Assembly (NCBI GenBank): GCA_044376115.1
Contig: JBILLK010000005.1
Span: 288,001 to 352,000 of the forward strand
Source: Polyangiaceae bacterium
Lineage (GTDB): Bacteria > Myxococcota_A > Polyangia > Polyangiales > Polyangiaceae
Length of the DNA stretch: 64,000 bases
Direction: 5' to 3'
Below are positions 19,547 through 28,322 of this stretch, one piece after another (within the stretch, counting starts at the first letter, position 1; each line of letters starts with the position of its first letter). Under the pieces are notes generated by a model. That model was given only the letters and a program-made list of their open reading frames with translations, was not told where the DNA came from and did not search any database. Both the position numbers and the translations under genes were made by a program.

Positions 19547-20347
19547 TCACCCCTGCGTCGGCTTGGAACGTTGGCGCGGTAGACCGTAAAAGTAGTAGCC
19601 GCGACCGAAAGGAACGAAGTCGTAGGTGCCGTACGTCCAATCGTAGTCAGCGTCTGCCGGTACCATCGCTCGCAGCTCGGCCTCCGAGTAGACGCGCAAG
19701 GTCGAGATCACGCCGTCCCAGATGGAACACGCGAGCGCCACCGGTGAAAGCCAGGTGAGAGCAAAGCGCATCAAGCGGTGATTGTCGGCTAGGAACGGCG
19801 TAGCTGCGAGGGCCGGCAAGCCTACCGGGCCGAACGCCAGGAAGCGCAGCGGGTTGCGCTCAAAGCCCTCCGAGATGAAGAGCGGCGCTCGATGGCGTAC
19901 GGCGTCTTCGATCACACCCGCAGCGACCTTGGGTGGAAGATGGTGGAGCACGTTGATGATCGTGCGGGCCTTTCCCTCCGAGAGCTGGGCGTTGATCGCC
20001 GTTGCGTCTACGGAGCTCGGGACGAACGTGAGCGACGGCTCGCGCTTGCGAAGCTCCTCCCACAACGCTGCGTGCGGAAACAGGTCGGTGAGCGTGAAGC
20101 TCCCCCTCCAACCGAGCTTGCGGAGCAAGGGCACGAGGCTCACGGCCGGCCCGCCAGCGCCGGAGCCGAGATCGAGCACGGCGCTGCTACCGCTATCGCG
20201 TAGAAATTCGTGAAGCGGCGTCGCGAGTCGATCGAGGATGTGGCCCCATTCGAGCGTGAGCGAAAGCGCCTCGACGATCGTGGCACGCAGCGCCGCCGGT
20301 GCTTGAGGGTGGTCGTTGAACTCGAAGGCCTGAACTCGCGGCAACAT
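19547..20347 (-). CDS. Class I SAM-dependent methyltransferase
   Basis: VLDLGSGAGGP motif I, LTDLFP, VDAT, LHH. Confidence 0.8.
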   Translation of the reverse strand: MLPRVQAFEFNDHPQAPAALRATIVEALSLTLEWGHILDRLATPLHEFLRDSGSSAVLDLGSGAGGPAVSLVPLLRKLGWRGSFTLTDLFPHAALWEELRKREPSLTFVPSSVDATAINAQLSEGKARTIINVLHHLPPKVAAGVIEDAVRHRAPLFISEGFERNPLRFLAFGPVGLPALAATPFLADNHRLMRFALTWLSPVALACSIWDGVISTLRVYSEAELRAMVPADADYDWTYGTYDFVPFGRGYYFYGLPRQRSKPTQG

Positions 20348-20427
20348 ACGCGCACTCTAACGACATTCGAAGAATGTGCCGCTCTAGAACTTGGCCCACG
20401 CGACCAGCTTTCGCTAGGGCACCCCTT

Positions 20428-21141
20428 ATGAAGGCAATCGCAACCACCCTGATCGCATCGTTCGCCCTTCTCGCCGGCTGTGCACCGGCCACAATCTCGG
20501 CACCGCAGAAGGTCCCGAGCGAGCGAGCCACGGTGGTGGCGAAGCACGTCGCAAAGGCCGAGACCCAGGCACCGGTGGAAGAGCCCGCCGCAGCCGTGGC
20601 CGACCAAGGTGACGCACGCGCCGTCGGTGACTACGTGACCTTCGGCTTCTCCGGCAGCTACCGCAAGAAGCCGCTGCGCCTCACGCAGCGGGTGGTGGCA
20701 AAGGCCGAGGGCAAGCTCACGGTCGACTACAGCTTCGTCGAGGGCAAGACGACCGAGACGCTGCGCGTGACCACGCGCGAAGCGGACGGCGCCTTCGTGC
20801 GCGCCGAGCAGGTCGCAGCGGACGGCAGCGTGGAGCCGCTCGATCAGCAGGCCTTCGAGTCGAAGCTCGCGAGCACGGTCGCCGTCGCCGACGAGAATGA
20901 GGCGCTGGTCGACGAGACCTCGCTCACCGTGAAGGTGGGAGCGGTCGAGCTGCCGGTCACCAAGTCGACCTTCAGCGTGCGCATCGGCGCAAAGAAAGCC
21001 ACGCTCGAGACCATCTCCGGGCGCTCGTTCCCTTGGGGTGACGTCGGCGGGAAGATCACCACCAGCGACGGCAAGGTCTTCTTCCACGCCGAGCTGCTCG
21101 ACATGGGTGGCGCCCAGAGCCGAACCGCCTCGCTCGACTGA
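20428..21141 (+). CDS. Hypothetical lipoprotein
   Basis: ATG 20428, LLAGC lipobox; beta-rich. Confidence 0.8.
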   Translation: MKAIATTLIASFALLAGCAPATISAPQKVPSERATVVAKHVAKAETQAPVEEPAAAVADQGDARAVGDYVTFGFSGSYRKKPLRLTQRVVAKAEGKLTVDYSFVEGKTTETLRVTTREADGAFVRAEQVAADGSVEPLDQQAFESKLASTVAVADENEALVDETSLTVKVGAVELPVTKSTFSVRIGAKKATLETISGRSFPWGDVGGKITTSDGKVFFHAELLDMGGAQSRTASLD

Positions 21142-21224
21142 GCTTCCCTCGCCCAACGTGCAGCTCTTTCGTCCGTCGCTCATGGCGGATGCAAATTGCT
21201 GCACTTTTCGTCACACTGCCGGCC

Positions 21225-22967
21225 ATGAAACGTTGGCCTGCGCTCCTCCTCCTTGGCTCACTCGAGCTCGGTTGTGCTGCATCCGAGCCGGAAGCTCGCG
21301 AGGCCGTGCAAACACAAAGCGCGAGCGCAGCCGCGTCCGGCGCGGCCTCTGCGACGCCGCAGCCCGAGCGGCGTCTCTCGATCGTCGGTACCAACGACCT
21401 GCACGGGCGCGTGCTCGCGTTGCCGCTGCTCGCGGGCTACGTAGCGAACCTTCGAGCCGCGCGGAAAGCCGATGGCGGCGCGGTCCTGTTGCTCGACGGC
21501 GGCGACATGTACCAAGGCACGCTCGAGTCCAACCTGCTCGAGGGCCGACCGGTCCGCGATGCCTACGCTTCGCTCGGTTATGCCGCCGTCACGGTCGGCA
21601 ATCACGAGTTCGACTTTGGCCCGGCCGGCCCTGCTGCAACGCCGCAAAGCGCAACCGACGATCGACGCGGTGCGCTCTTGGCCCTCGCAAAAGAGGCGCC
21701 GTTTCCCTTCCTTTCCTCGAACATTCTCGACCGCGCGAGCGGCGCGCGGGTGGATTGGCCCAACATCAAGCCGCGCGTGCTGATTGAAGCAGCGGGGCAC
21801 AAGATCGCGTTGATCGGCGTCTCCACCGCCGAGACGTTGACCACGACGATTGCGCCCAACGTCGATGACTTGGCGATGAAGCCGCTGCTCGCCGCCGTCA
21901 CCGAGCAAGCCGCCCTCGCTCGCAAAGAGGGCGCGGAGGTGGTGGTGGTGCTCGCGCACGCGGGCGGTAAGTGCAAGCGCTTCACGGGCGATTCGGTCAC
22001 CGACGAGTGTGAACAAGACGCCGAGATCTTCGAACTCGCGCGCGGGTTACCGCCGGGCACCGTCCACGCGATCGTCGCCGGCCATTCGCACGCGGGCGTT
22101 GCTCACGAAGTGAACGGCATCCCCATCATCGAGCAGTTCGCTTACGGCAGCGCCTTCGGTCGCATCGATCTGAAGCTGGCCAACGGCAGCGTGAAGCTCG
22201 AGAAGATCTTTGCGCCGCAAGAACTCTGCCCCGGCGCCAAGCAACCCGACTTCGATACCTGCGAAACGCCTGCCTACGAAGGCGCGCCGGTGGTGCGCGA
22301 CCGTGCGCTCCGTGCGCTGCTTCAACCCGCGATCGATGCCTCCAAGGCGCGCCGCGAGGAGGAGGTCGGGCCCACGCTCACGACCGAGATCAAGCGCGCG
22401 TACGATGAAGAGTCAGCGCTCGGGAACCTGTTTGCCGATCTGATGTTGGCCGGGGTGCCCGGCGCCGACGTCGCGTTCATGAACGGTGGTGGCCTGCGCG
22501 CTCACCTTCCGCAAGGCAAGCTCCGCTACGGGGCGCTGTTCGAGTCCTTCCCGTTCGACAACCGCATCGCCACGGTGACGCTGACGGTGGCCGAGCTCAA
22601 GCGCGTGCTGCAAGCGAACCTGAACAAATCAGGAGGTATTCTCTCGATCGCCGGGCTCGAAGCGAGCGCTGTTTGCAAACAGGGGACGTTGGCTCTGGAG
22701 CTGCGCCGGCCAGGAAAAAAGCCACCACTGAGCGATGAAACGACGCTTACCGTCGTCGGCAGCGACTTCCTCTTCTTGGGCGGAGACGGCTTTTGGGGTG
22801 ACGTCCGCGACAAGCAGGCGAGCGTGAAACCGGAGCTGATGCGCGACGTGATGGAGGCCCAGTTGAAGCTCCGCAAAACGGTGGATGCGGCCAAGCTGTT
22901 CGACCCAAAGAAGCCGCGGCTACGTCTGCCATCCGCTCGGCCGATCGTCTGTCAAAAGTCCAAGTGA
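21225..22967 (+). CDS. 5'-nucleotidase / UDP-sugar hydrolase (UshA-like) lipoprotein
   Basis: TNDLHG, DGGD, GNHEFD, LAH, GHSH metallophosphoesterase motifs; C-terminal NGGGLRA...PFDN domain. Confidence 0.92.
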   Translation: MKRWPALLLLGSLELGCAASEPEAREAVQTQSASAAASGAASATPQPERRLSIVGTNDLHGRVLALPLLAGYVANLRAARKADGGAVLLLDGGDMYQGTLESNLLEGRPVRDAYASLGYAAVTVGNHEFDFGPAGPAATPQSATDDRRGALLALAKEAPFPFLSSNILDRASGARVDWPNIKPRVLIEAAGHKIALIGVSTAETLTTTIAPNVDDLAMKPLLAAVTEQAALARKEGAEVVVVLAHAGGKCKRFTGDSVTDECEQDAEIFELARGLPPGTVHAIVAGHSHAGVAHEVNGIPIIEQFAYGSAFGRIDLKLANGSVKLEKIFAPQELCPGAKQPDFDTCETPAYEGAPVVRDRALRALLQPAIDASKARREEEVGPTLTTEIKRAYDEESALGNLFADLMLAGVPGADVAFMNGGGLRAHLPQGKLRYGALFESFPFDNRIATVTLTVAELKRVLQANLNKSGGILSIAGLEASAVCKQGTLALELRRPGKKPPLSDETTLTVVGSDFLFLGGDGFWGDVRDKQASVKPELMRDVMEAQLKLRKTVDAAKLFDPKKPRLRLPSARPIVCQKSK

Positions 22968-22996
22968 GCGTTTCTCGGCTGAGATACACTCAAGCC

Positions 22997-23698
22997 ATGC
23001 TTCACCGCTTGTTGGCTCGCTGTACCGCCCTCGTCGTCCTGGTTGCTTGTGCGGAGGGTGGCGAGCTCACGGGTGGTGGCGGCGAAACAGGCGAAGGCGG
23101 CACGGGTGGGATTCGTCCGCAGGGCGGCGGAGGCGAGGGCGGCGTTGGTGCGACAGGCCCTGTTGGTCCAGCCTCCTCATCAAGCTCTGGCGGCTTCGGC
23201 GGTGACGGCGGCTTTGGCGGTGAGGGTGGCTTCGGTGGTGACGGCGGGGCGGGCGGCGGCGGTGGCCCGACCTGCGACTTTACCGCGCCGGAGACCTGCG
23301 CAACCGCCGAAGTTCTACCGGCCGTAGCAGGTGATGAAGGCAACGACTTTGTCTCGCGCAACGGCGTCGGCTCCAAGTGGTTTAAAGTGCATATCCAGGA
23401 GCAAGACAGCGGCGTGTTCGAGTCGGACATGAGCTACACGGTCACGTTGGCTTCGCCTGCCTCGGTTAACTACGATCTGCGCGTCTACGAAGGGCCTGAG
23501 TCGGGAGACCCCAACTGCAATGCAACCCCAACCAATGGCGTTGGCAGCCCTGAGAGCGTCTCGCGAGGTTGGGACGACAGTCAGGGCTTCGGCGGTGAAG
23601 ACAACAGCATCTGGCTCAACATCGAGGTGCTGTACGTCAGCGGTGAAGCCTGCGGCGCTGCAGATCAGTGGACGCTCCAGGTGCTTGGTCACACCTGA
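22997..23698 (+). CDS. Lipoprotein with Gly-rich tether and small Cys-containing beta domain
   Basis: VLVAC lipobox, GFGG[D/E]G x3 repeat (23192-23245), YDLRVY strand. Confidence 0.75.
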   Translation: MLHRLLARCTALVVLVACAEGGELTGGGGETGEGGTGGIRPQGGGGEGGVGATGPVGPASSSSSGGFGGDGGFGGEGGFGGDGGAGGGGGPTCDFTAPETCATAEVLPAVAGDEGNDFVSRNGVGSKWFKVHIQEQDSGVFESDMSYTVTLASPASVNYDLRVYEGPESGDPNCNATPTNGVGSPESVSRGWDDSQGFGGEDNSIWLNIEVLYVSGEACGAADQWTLQVLGHT

Positions 23699-23719
23699 AG
23701 CTCGTTCAGCGCGGCTGGT

Positions 23720-24589
23720 TCACGGCACAGCGGTGGAACAGCGAATACCGAGAAAGCCGCAGCGGTAGGTCTTTTTGAAGCCACCGTGGTGGGCGATTGC
23801 GACCTGCTTGGGGACGCCGTCTTTCCAACTGCCACCGCGGCCAATGCGGAAGCTGCCGGTGGAGTCATTGGTGGTGGTCGTCCACTGATAGATGTTACCG
23901 ACGAGGTCGAACACGCCGGCTTTCCCCTGCGCGAAGGTCCCTACCGGACAGGGCATGGTGCGCTTCTCCTTGCCCGACCAACAGAGTTGTTCACCGGGCG
24001 CGTCGTTGCCCCACGGGTAACTGAGCGCTTCCTCTCCGCCGCGCGCAGCCCACTCCCACTCGAGATCGCTCACGACGCGCTTGCCCTGCGCTTTGCAGTA
24101 GCGAGCCGCCTGATCGAAGTCGACGCAGATCATCGGCAAGTTGCCGCGGCCCTCTTTCTTGTAGGTGGAAGGGTCGCAGGCATGCACGGCGCCGTTATCG
24201 CATTTGCCCGAGTCAATGCAGGCCGTGTATTCATCCGTCGTCGCTAGATTGTTATCTAAACAGAACGGCTCGACGCTCAGCGCTTGACGGTAATAGGTGG
24301 ATTTGAACTTGCCGCCACCGAACTCGGACATGCCGGGTTGGCACTTACCCTGGGCGGTGGGCTTCGGCGGAGGGGGTGGTGCCGTTGGCACCGGCTCGGC
24401 CGAGGCAACGGCGCTGGCCGTGGGCGCAAGGCTCACGCTGGCTGAAGCCGATGGCGCCGTGGTGACGGCTGTCGCGGTGCTGTTGCCCTCCGGCGGCTTG
24501 ACCGGCTCGCTCGCGGCCGAGCAGGCGCTAGCGAGCCCAAGCATCATTAGCGAGAACCCAGCGAGCTGCGCGCAATCATGAATTGCCAT
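23720..24589 (-). CDS. SUMF1/FGE-sulfatase (C-type lectin fold) lipoprotein
   Basis: EWEWAARGG, YPWG, FDLVGNIYQW, RGGSW, GIRC; LASAC lipobox. Confidence 0.88.
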   Translation of the reverse strand: MAIHDCAQLAGFSLMMLGLASACSAASEPVKPPEGNSTATAVTTAPSASASVSLAPTASAVASAEPVPTAPPPPPKPTAQGKCQPGMSEFGGGKFKSTYYRQALSVEPFCLDNNLATTDEYTACIDSGKCDNGAVHACDPSTYKKEGRGNLPMICVDFDQAARYCKAQGKRVVSDLEWEWAARGGEEALSYPWGNDAPGEQLCWSGKEKRTMPCPVGTFAQGKAGVFDLVGNIYQWTTTTNDSTGSFRIGRGGSWKDGVPKQVAIAHHGGFKKTYRCGFLGIRCSTAVP

Positions 24590-24604
24590 CGATCGAGACC
24601 TTTC

Positions 24605-25105
24605 TCACAGAAGCGAAATGAAGGGCGACTCTTCGCCCGCGAGCCAATGTTCTTGCAGCACCAGCGCCGGCTCAGGAACGTACGCGCCTTGCGCGTCTTT
24701 GCCTTGTGTCCAGAACTGCACCACCCGTCGATCCCCGCGTCGCAGCGGGAACTGCACCTCGCCAGGGGAGCCCTGTTCTTCGGGCCCGATCCAGAAGGCG
24801 AGGCCTTCATTCGAGCCGCCCAGTAGGGAGACAGCGAACATCTTTTCTGGGCAGCGGACCCGCAGCCACTCACGAACGCGCGTGGCTTTGCAGCCAGCCG
24901 CAGCGGGGCTCACTCGGCTGAGTTGCATTGGGGTCGCGGTTTGCCACTCCTGGGCTGTAGGCACTGGTGAGCGCTCGCTGCCGGCCTTTGCGCTCGCGCT
25001 CGCCTGCGTTGAGGCAGACGGCGGTGCAGCGCCTGCATTCAGCGCTAAAAGGCCCGCGCTGCCGACGAGCGCAGCCAATCCAAGGGATAGGAAGGTCCGC
25101 TTCAT
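24605..25105 (-). CDS. Small secreted protein with an unnamed Trp/Cys domain
   Basis: Signal peptide (..ALNAGA); ATG overlaps the upstream stop (ATGA); motif shared with 39043-40095. Confidence 0.8.
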   Translation of the reverse strand: MKRTFLSLGLAALVGSAGLLALNAGAAPPSASTQASASAKAGSERSPVPTAQEWQTATPMQLSRVSPAAAGCKATRVREWLRVRCPEKMFAVSLLGGSNEGLAFWIGPEEQGSPGEVQFPLRRGDRRVVQFWTQGKDAQGAYVPEPALVLQEHWLAGEESPFISLL

Positions 25106-27222
25106 AGTGTTTTCAGGTAAGCAACCAGCGCAGCGCGATCAACGCCCGAGAGCTGATTGGTACTCCCCATGCGATCGTTATTGTTGTTGATGATCCACTC
25201 GAGCGAGGGCGCCCGGCCGTCGTGAAAGTAGGGCGCTCGCCCGCCGATGAAACGCAACGAGGGCGTCTTGAAGCCGGCCTCTTCTTCTTCGTCGAAGCCG
25301 CCGCGCACCGGCAACTTGGCTAGTGAATACACCGCGCGGTTGGTGAAGCCCGTCTCAGCGGCGTGGCATTGGGCGCAGCGGACTTCCGGACTCGCGAAGA
25401 CCTCGCGCCCGCGCTTCTCGGTCTCGGTGAGCTCGCGGCCCAAGGCTGGCGGTGGCACCAAGCCGCGCCGCAGAAAGACCGTGAGTCGGCCGGCGCGGGC
25501 GATCAAGTTGGAGCCGTCATGCTTCGGCATTCCGCCCCAGCGGTGAAGTCCGAAGCCCGCGCTCAGCCGCGCACCCAAGTCGGGGCTCTCACCGTGCCAG
25601 CCGTAGGGGCCCGCTGCTGCGACCAAGCCGGCCAACATCGGAGTGCGACGCGGTACGCCGCGCACGCCCTCCTCCTGCGGGATGTCGGCGGCGTCCCCGA
25701 CGAAGTTTGTGTGCGTACCGTCGGTGGTATTGAACTTCGCCTCGTGCCACACGTGCCCATCGTCACGGCCCTCGGGGTGGCAGCCGGCACAGCCGAGCCC
25801 GCCGCTGGTGATGCGATCGGTGGCGTTGTAGAAGAGCCTCCTGCCGATCGCCCCGTCCTTGTCTGCGAGCGGCTCTTCAGCGAGGCGAACGGTGCTGACA
25901 ACCGCAGCGGGGAGCTCCTTCGCTGGAGCGCTCTCGGTGCTGAAGTCCTCCAGCGGGACGACCGCCAAATCGTAGGTCGACCGGCACCAAACCCAGGCTG
26001 TCTTTTCGTCGCTCGAGAGCGCAAGGCCGCTCGGCGCGCCGCAGGTCCCAGCGACTGGGAGCAGCGGATCGTAGTCGCTACCAACCACATAACTGCGCAA
26101 TACGCCGCGCGCGGGATCGAGCCCCGTCGCGTCCAATTCGGCCAGCAGGTCATCCCCCTCGCTGGCGACGAGCAGCGTGCGCGTGCTCTTGCGATAAGCC
26201 ATCGCGCGCGGTTGGGTAAACGGCGAGAGCGGCTTGCCGGGCACCACCAACTCGAGCCCGCTCGGCGCTTTATCGGCGCGCAAGAACGGCAAGAGGCCAT
26301 GCCGCCGCGGTGCGAGCGAGCTGTCGTCGGCGGTGAGCAGTACGTCCACGGTGGAGGCCCCAAACCAGGCGTTTTCCCCGAGCGCACCGAGCGCATGACG
26401 GGCGACGAACAGCCGCGATTGGTCCGGCGAAAGCAGCGCCGCATAGCCGAGCGAGGCCGCCAGCGTCACGCCGGAGGGCGAGCGCAACGGCGCTGGCGTG
26501 AGCCCAACGGTCGAGACTTTGGGCGGGCTCGCGAGACCACCTGGCCCGGAGGCCTCGAGCTTGGTCAACGAAGCGCCCACCAAGTGGCTCACGTACGCGA
26601 CGGTCCCCTGCTCGTTGATCACCACCGCACGCGGCTCACGCGCCACGTCGATCGACCACAGCTTCTTGAGCGAGCCGAGCTCGACCGCCGAAATCTGACT
26701 GGTCCAGGCCGAAGTAACCAGCGCGAACTTTTCGTCGGCGGACAGCCCGAGTCCCCATGCGTCGGCGGGCAAATCGACGCGGCCCTTCTCGAAAAGCTCG
26801 CCTTTCTCATCGCGCTCGATCACCAGCAAAAGGCCGGGATCGCGCACCGTGACGAGCACGCGCCCGGCGAGCGGAAGCACCTGCGCCGGAGCTCCCGGAA
26901 GCTCCAACGTCTGCACCTGATCGGCGCTCGGTACAGCGCCTGCGCTGGGCAGCGGAATGCGTCGCAGCGCCTTGTGATCCTCGTCGGCGAGATAGAGCGC
27001 CTGCTCGCCTACACCAAGCGCGAGCGCACCGCCCTCACGTACGTTGGCCTTGGCTCGTGGCGCCGCTTCACCCTCCGGCAAGGAGCTCGCATTGTTGGAG
27101 GCGGTAACCGTCGCTGCCGCCGCGCTTGTGCTGGTCTGCGCACTTGAACCTGCCTCCGACGAGCAAGCCGTCGCGGCAGCCGAGAGCAACGTGAATCCGA
27201 GCAAGGTGAGGGGAAGCCGCAC
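25102..27222 (-). CDS. Beta-propeller plus di-heme cytochrome c (bCcP/MauG-like) lipoprotein
   Basis: AATAC lipobox; YVTN-like blades; CAGCH and CAQCH heme motifs; FKTPSLR...APYFHDG; GTG start at 27222 inferred. Confidence 0.85.
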   Translation of the reverse strand: MRLPLTLLGFTLLSAAATACSSEAGSSAQTSTSAAAATVTASNNASSLPEGEAAPRAKANVREGGALALGVGEQALYLADEDHKALRRIPLPSAGAVPSADQVQTLELPGAPAQVLPLAGRVLVTVRDPGLLLVIERDEKGELFEKGRVDLPADAWGLGLSADEKFALVTSAWTSQISAVELGSLKKLWSIDVAREPRAVVINEQGTVAYVSHLVGASLTKLEASGPGGLASPPKVSTVGLTPAPLRSPSGVTLAASLGYAALLSPDQSRLFVARHALGALGENAWFGASTVDVLLTADDSSLAPRRHGLLPFLRADKAPSGLELVVPGKPLSPFTQPRAMAYRKSTRTLLVASEGDDLLAELDATGLDPARGVLRSYVVGSDYDPLLPVAGTCGAPSGLALSSDEKTAWVWCRSTYDLAVVPLEDFSTESAPAKELPAAVVSTVRLAEEPLADKDGAIGRRLFYNATDRITSGGLGCAGCHPEGRDDGHVWHEAKFNTTDGTHTNFVGDAADIPQEEGVRGVPRRTPMLAGLVAAAGPYGWHGESPDLGARLSAGFGLHRWGGMPKHDGSNLIARAGRLTVFLRRGLVPPPALGRELTETEKRGREVFASPEVRCAQCHAAETGFTNRAVYSLAKLPVRGGFDEEEEAGFKTPSLRFIGGRAPYFHDGRAPSLEWIINNNNDRMGSTNQLSGVDRAALVAYLKTL

Positions 27223-27346
27223 CGGCGCATCATCCAAGCGGGGTGCGCTCGCGGTCAAGCCATGCCCCGCAACAAGGCCACGAATTGCAGGCCGCAAACC
27301 AACTCGTCGACGCGCCGGCCGGAACGCTCGATACTGAAGTCTGTTG

Positions 27347-28261
27347 ATGAAGAAACAAAGCTTCGTGCTGTTTGGTCACCCGGTGAAGCACTCGGCTTCC
27401 GCTGCGATGTTCACGGCGGCCTTTCGCGCTGCGGGCTTACCGCATTCGTACAGCCCGGTGGACGTCGGAACCTTGGGCGCGCTCGAGCGAGCCGTTGGCT
27501 ACTTGCGAGACGGCGTTTACGACGGCGCCAACGTGACCCTGCCGTACAAGCGCGAGGTGCTCGGCCTGGCCGATCGCATCGATGAATCAGCGGCTCGCGC
27601 GCTCGCGGCCAATGTGCTGGTGCGCGACGCAAACGATAAGGTCGTTGCCTACAACACCGACGTCGGCGCGCTTCAGGCCGAGATCGTCGAGGCCACCGCG
27701 GATCGGCGGCGCGCGGCGATTCTCGGCGCAGGCGGTGCAGCCACAGCGGCGATCGCAGCCTGCAAGGCGCTCGGATTTTCGGTGATCGGCGTGACCACCC
27801 GCTCCTGGACCGACACCGAAGCGATCGTCGATTCACCCAGCTCGGAGCGGGTTCGCGTGGTCGGAGGCCTCGCTTCGGTGTGGCCGAGTCACGAGCACGT
27901 GCAGCCTTCCACCAAGCTCTCGATGGCCATGCGCATGCAATGGACCGAGCTCGCGCAGCTGGCCGATATCGTGATTCAAGCCACCAGCGCGGGCATGCAA
28001 GGCGCCGATCCGGGCGATGAGGTGGCGAGCGTGGTGCCGTTCGAGGCGATGTCCAAACGCGCGTTCGCGCTCGATCTCGTGTATCGCCCGCCCACCACGC
28101 CCTTCATTGAAAAGGCACGTAAAGCCGGGATCCCTGCGGCCTCCGGCATCGGCATGTTGGTGCGTCAGGCCGAGGCGGCGTACAAGCTTTGGCTCGGGCA
28201 AGCGCCGGCACCGGCGGTCATGCGCAACGCGGTTGACGCGTTGATCGCCGGAGATTCTTGA
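27347..28261 (+). CDS. aroE: Shikimate dehydrogenase
   Basis: GHPVKHSAS, GANVTLPYK, NTD, GAGGAA, DLVY, GMLVRQA. Confidence 0.9.
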   Translation: MKKQSFVLFGHPVKHSASAAMFTAAFRAAGLPHSYSPVDVGTLGALERAVGYLRDGVYDGANVTLPYKREVLGLADRIDESAARALAANVLVRDANDKVVAYNTDVGALQAEIVEATADRRRAAILGAGGAATAAIAACKALGFSVIGVTTRSWTDTEAIVDSPSSERVRVVGGLASVWPSHEHVQPSTKLSMAMRMQWTELAQLADIVIQATSAGMQGADPGDEVASVVPFEAMSKRAFALDLVYRPPTTPFIEKARKAGIPAASGIGMLVRQAEAAYKLWLGQAPAPAVMRNAVDALIAGDS

Positions 28262-28322
28262 GGTTTTACGATTGATGTGTCGATTGTTGAGCGCTGCCAC
28301 GACCGATTGAACACGTACTCAC

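Noticed and set aside
23720..23900. FGE/CLec-fold C-terminus as a diversity-generating retroelement variable region
   Set aside because: No reverse transcriptase and no template-repeat copy of this segment seen in the window.
23720..24589. Active formylglycine-generating enzyme
   Set aside because: The catalytic Cys pair after RGGS is absent (RGGSWKDGVPK) and no sulfatase gene is nearby.
28269..28309. Three CGATTG hexamers upstream of the first kinase
   Set aside because: Short and irregularly spaced; could be chance.
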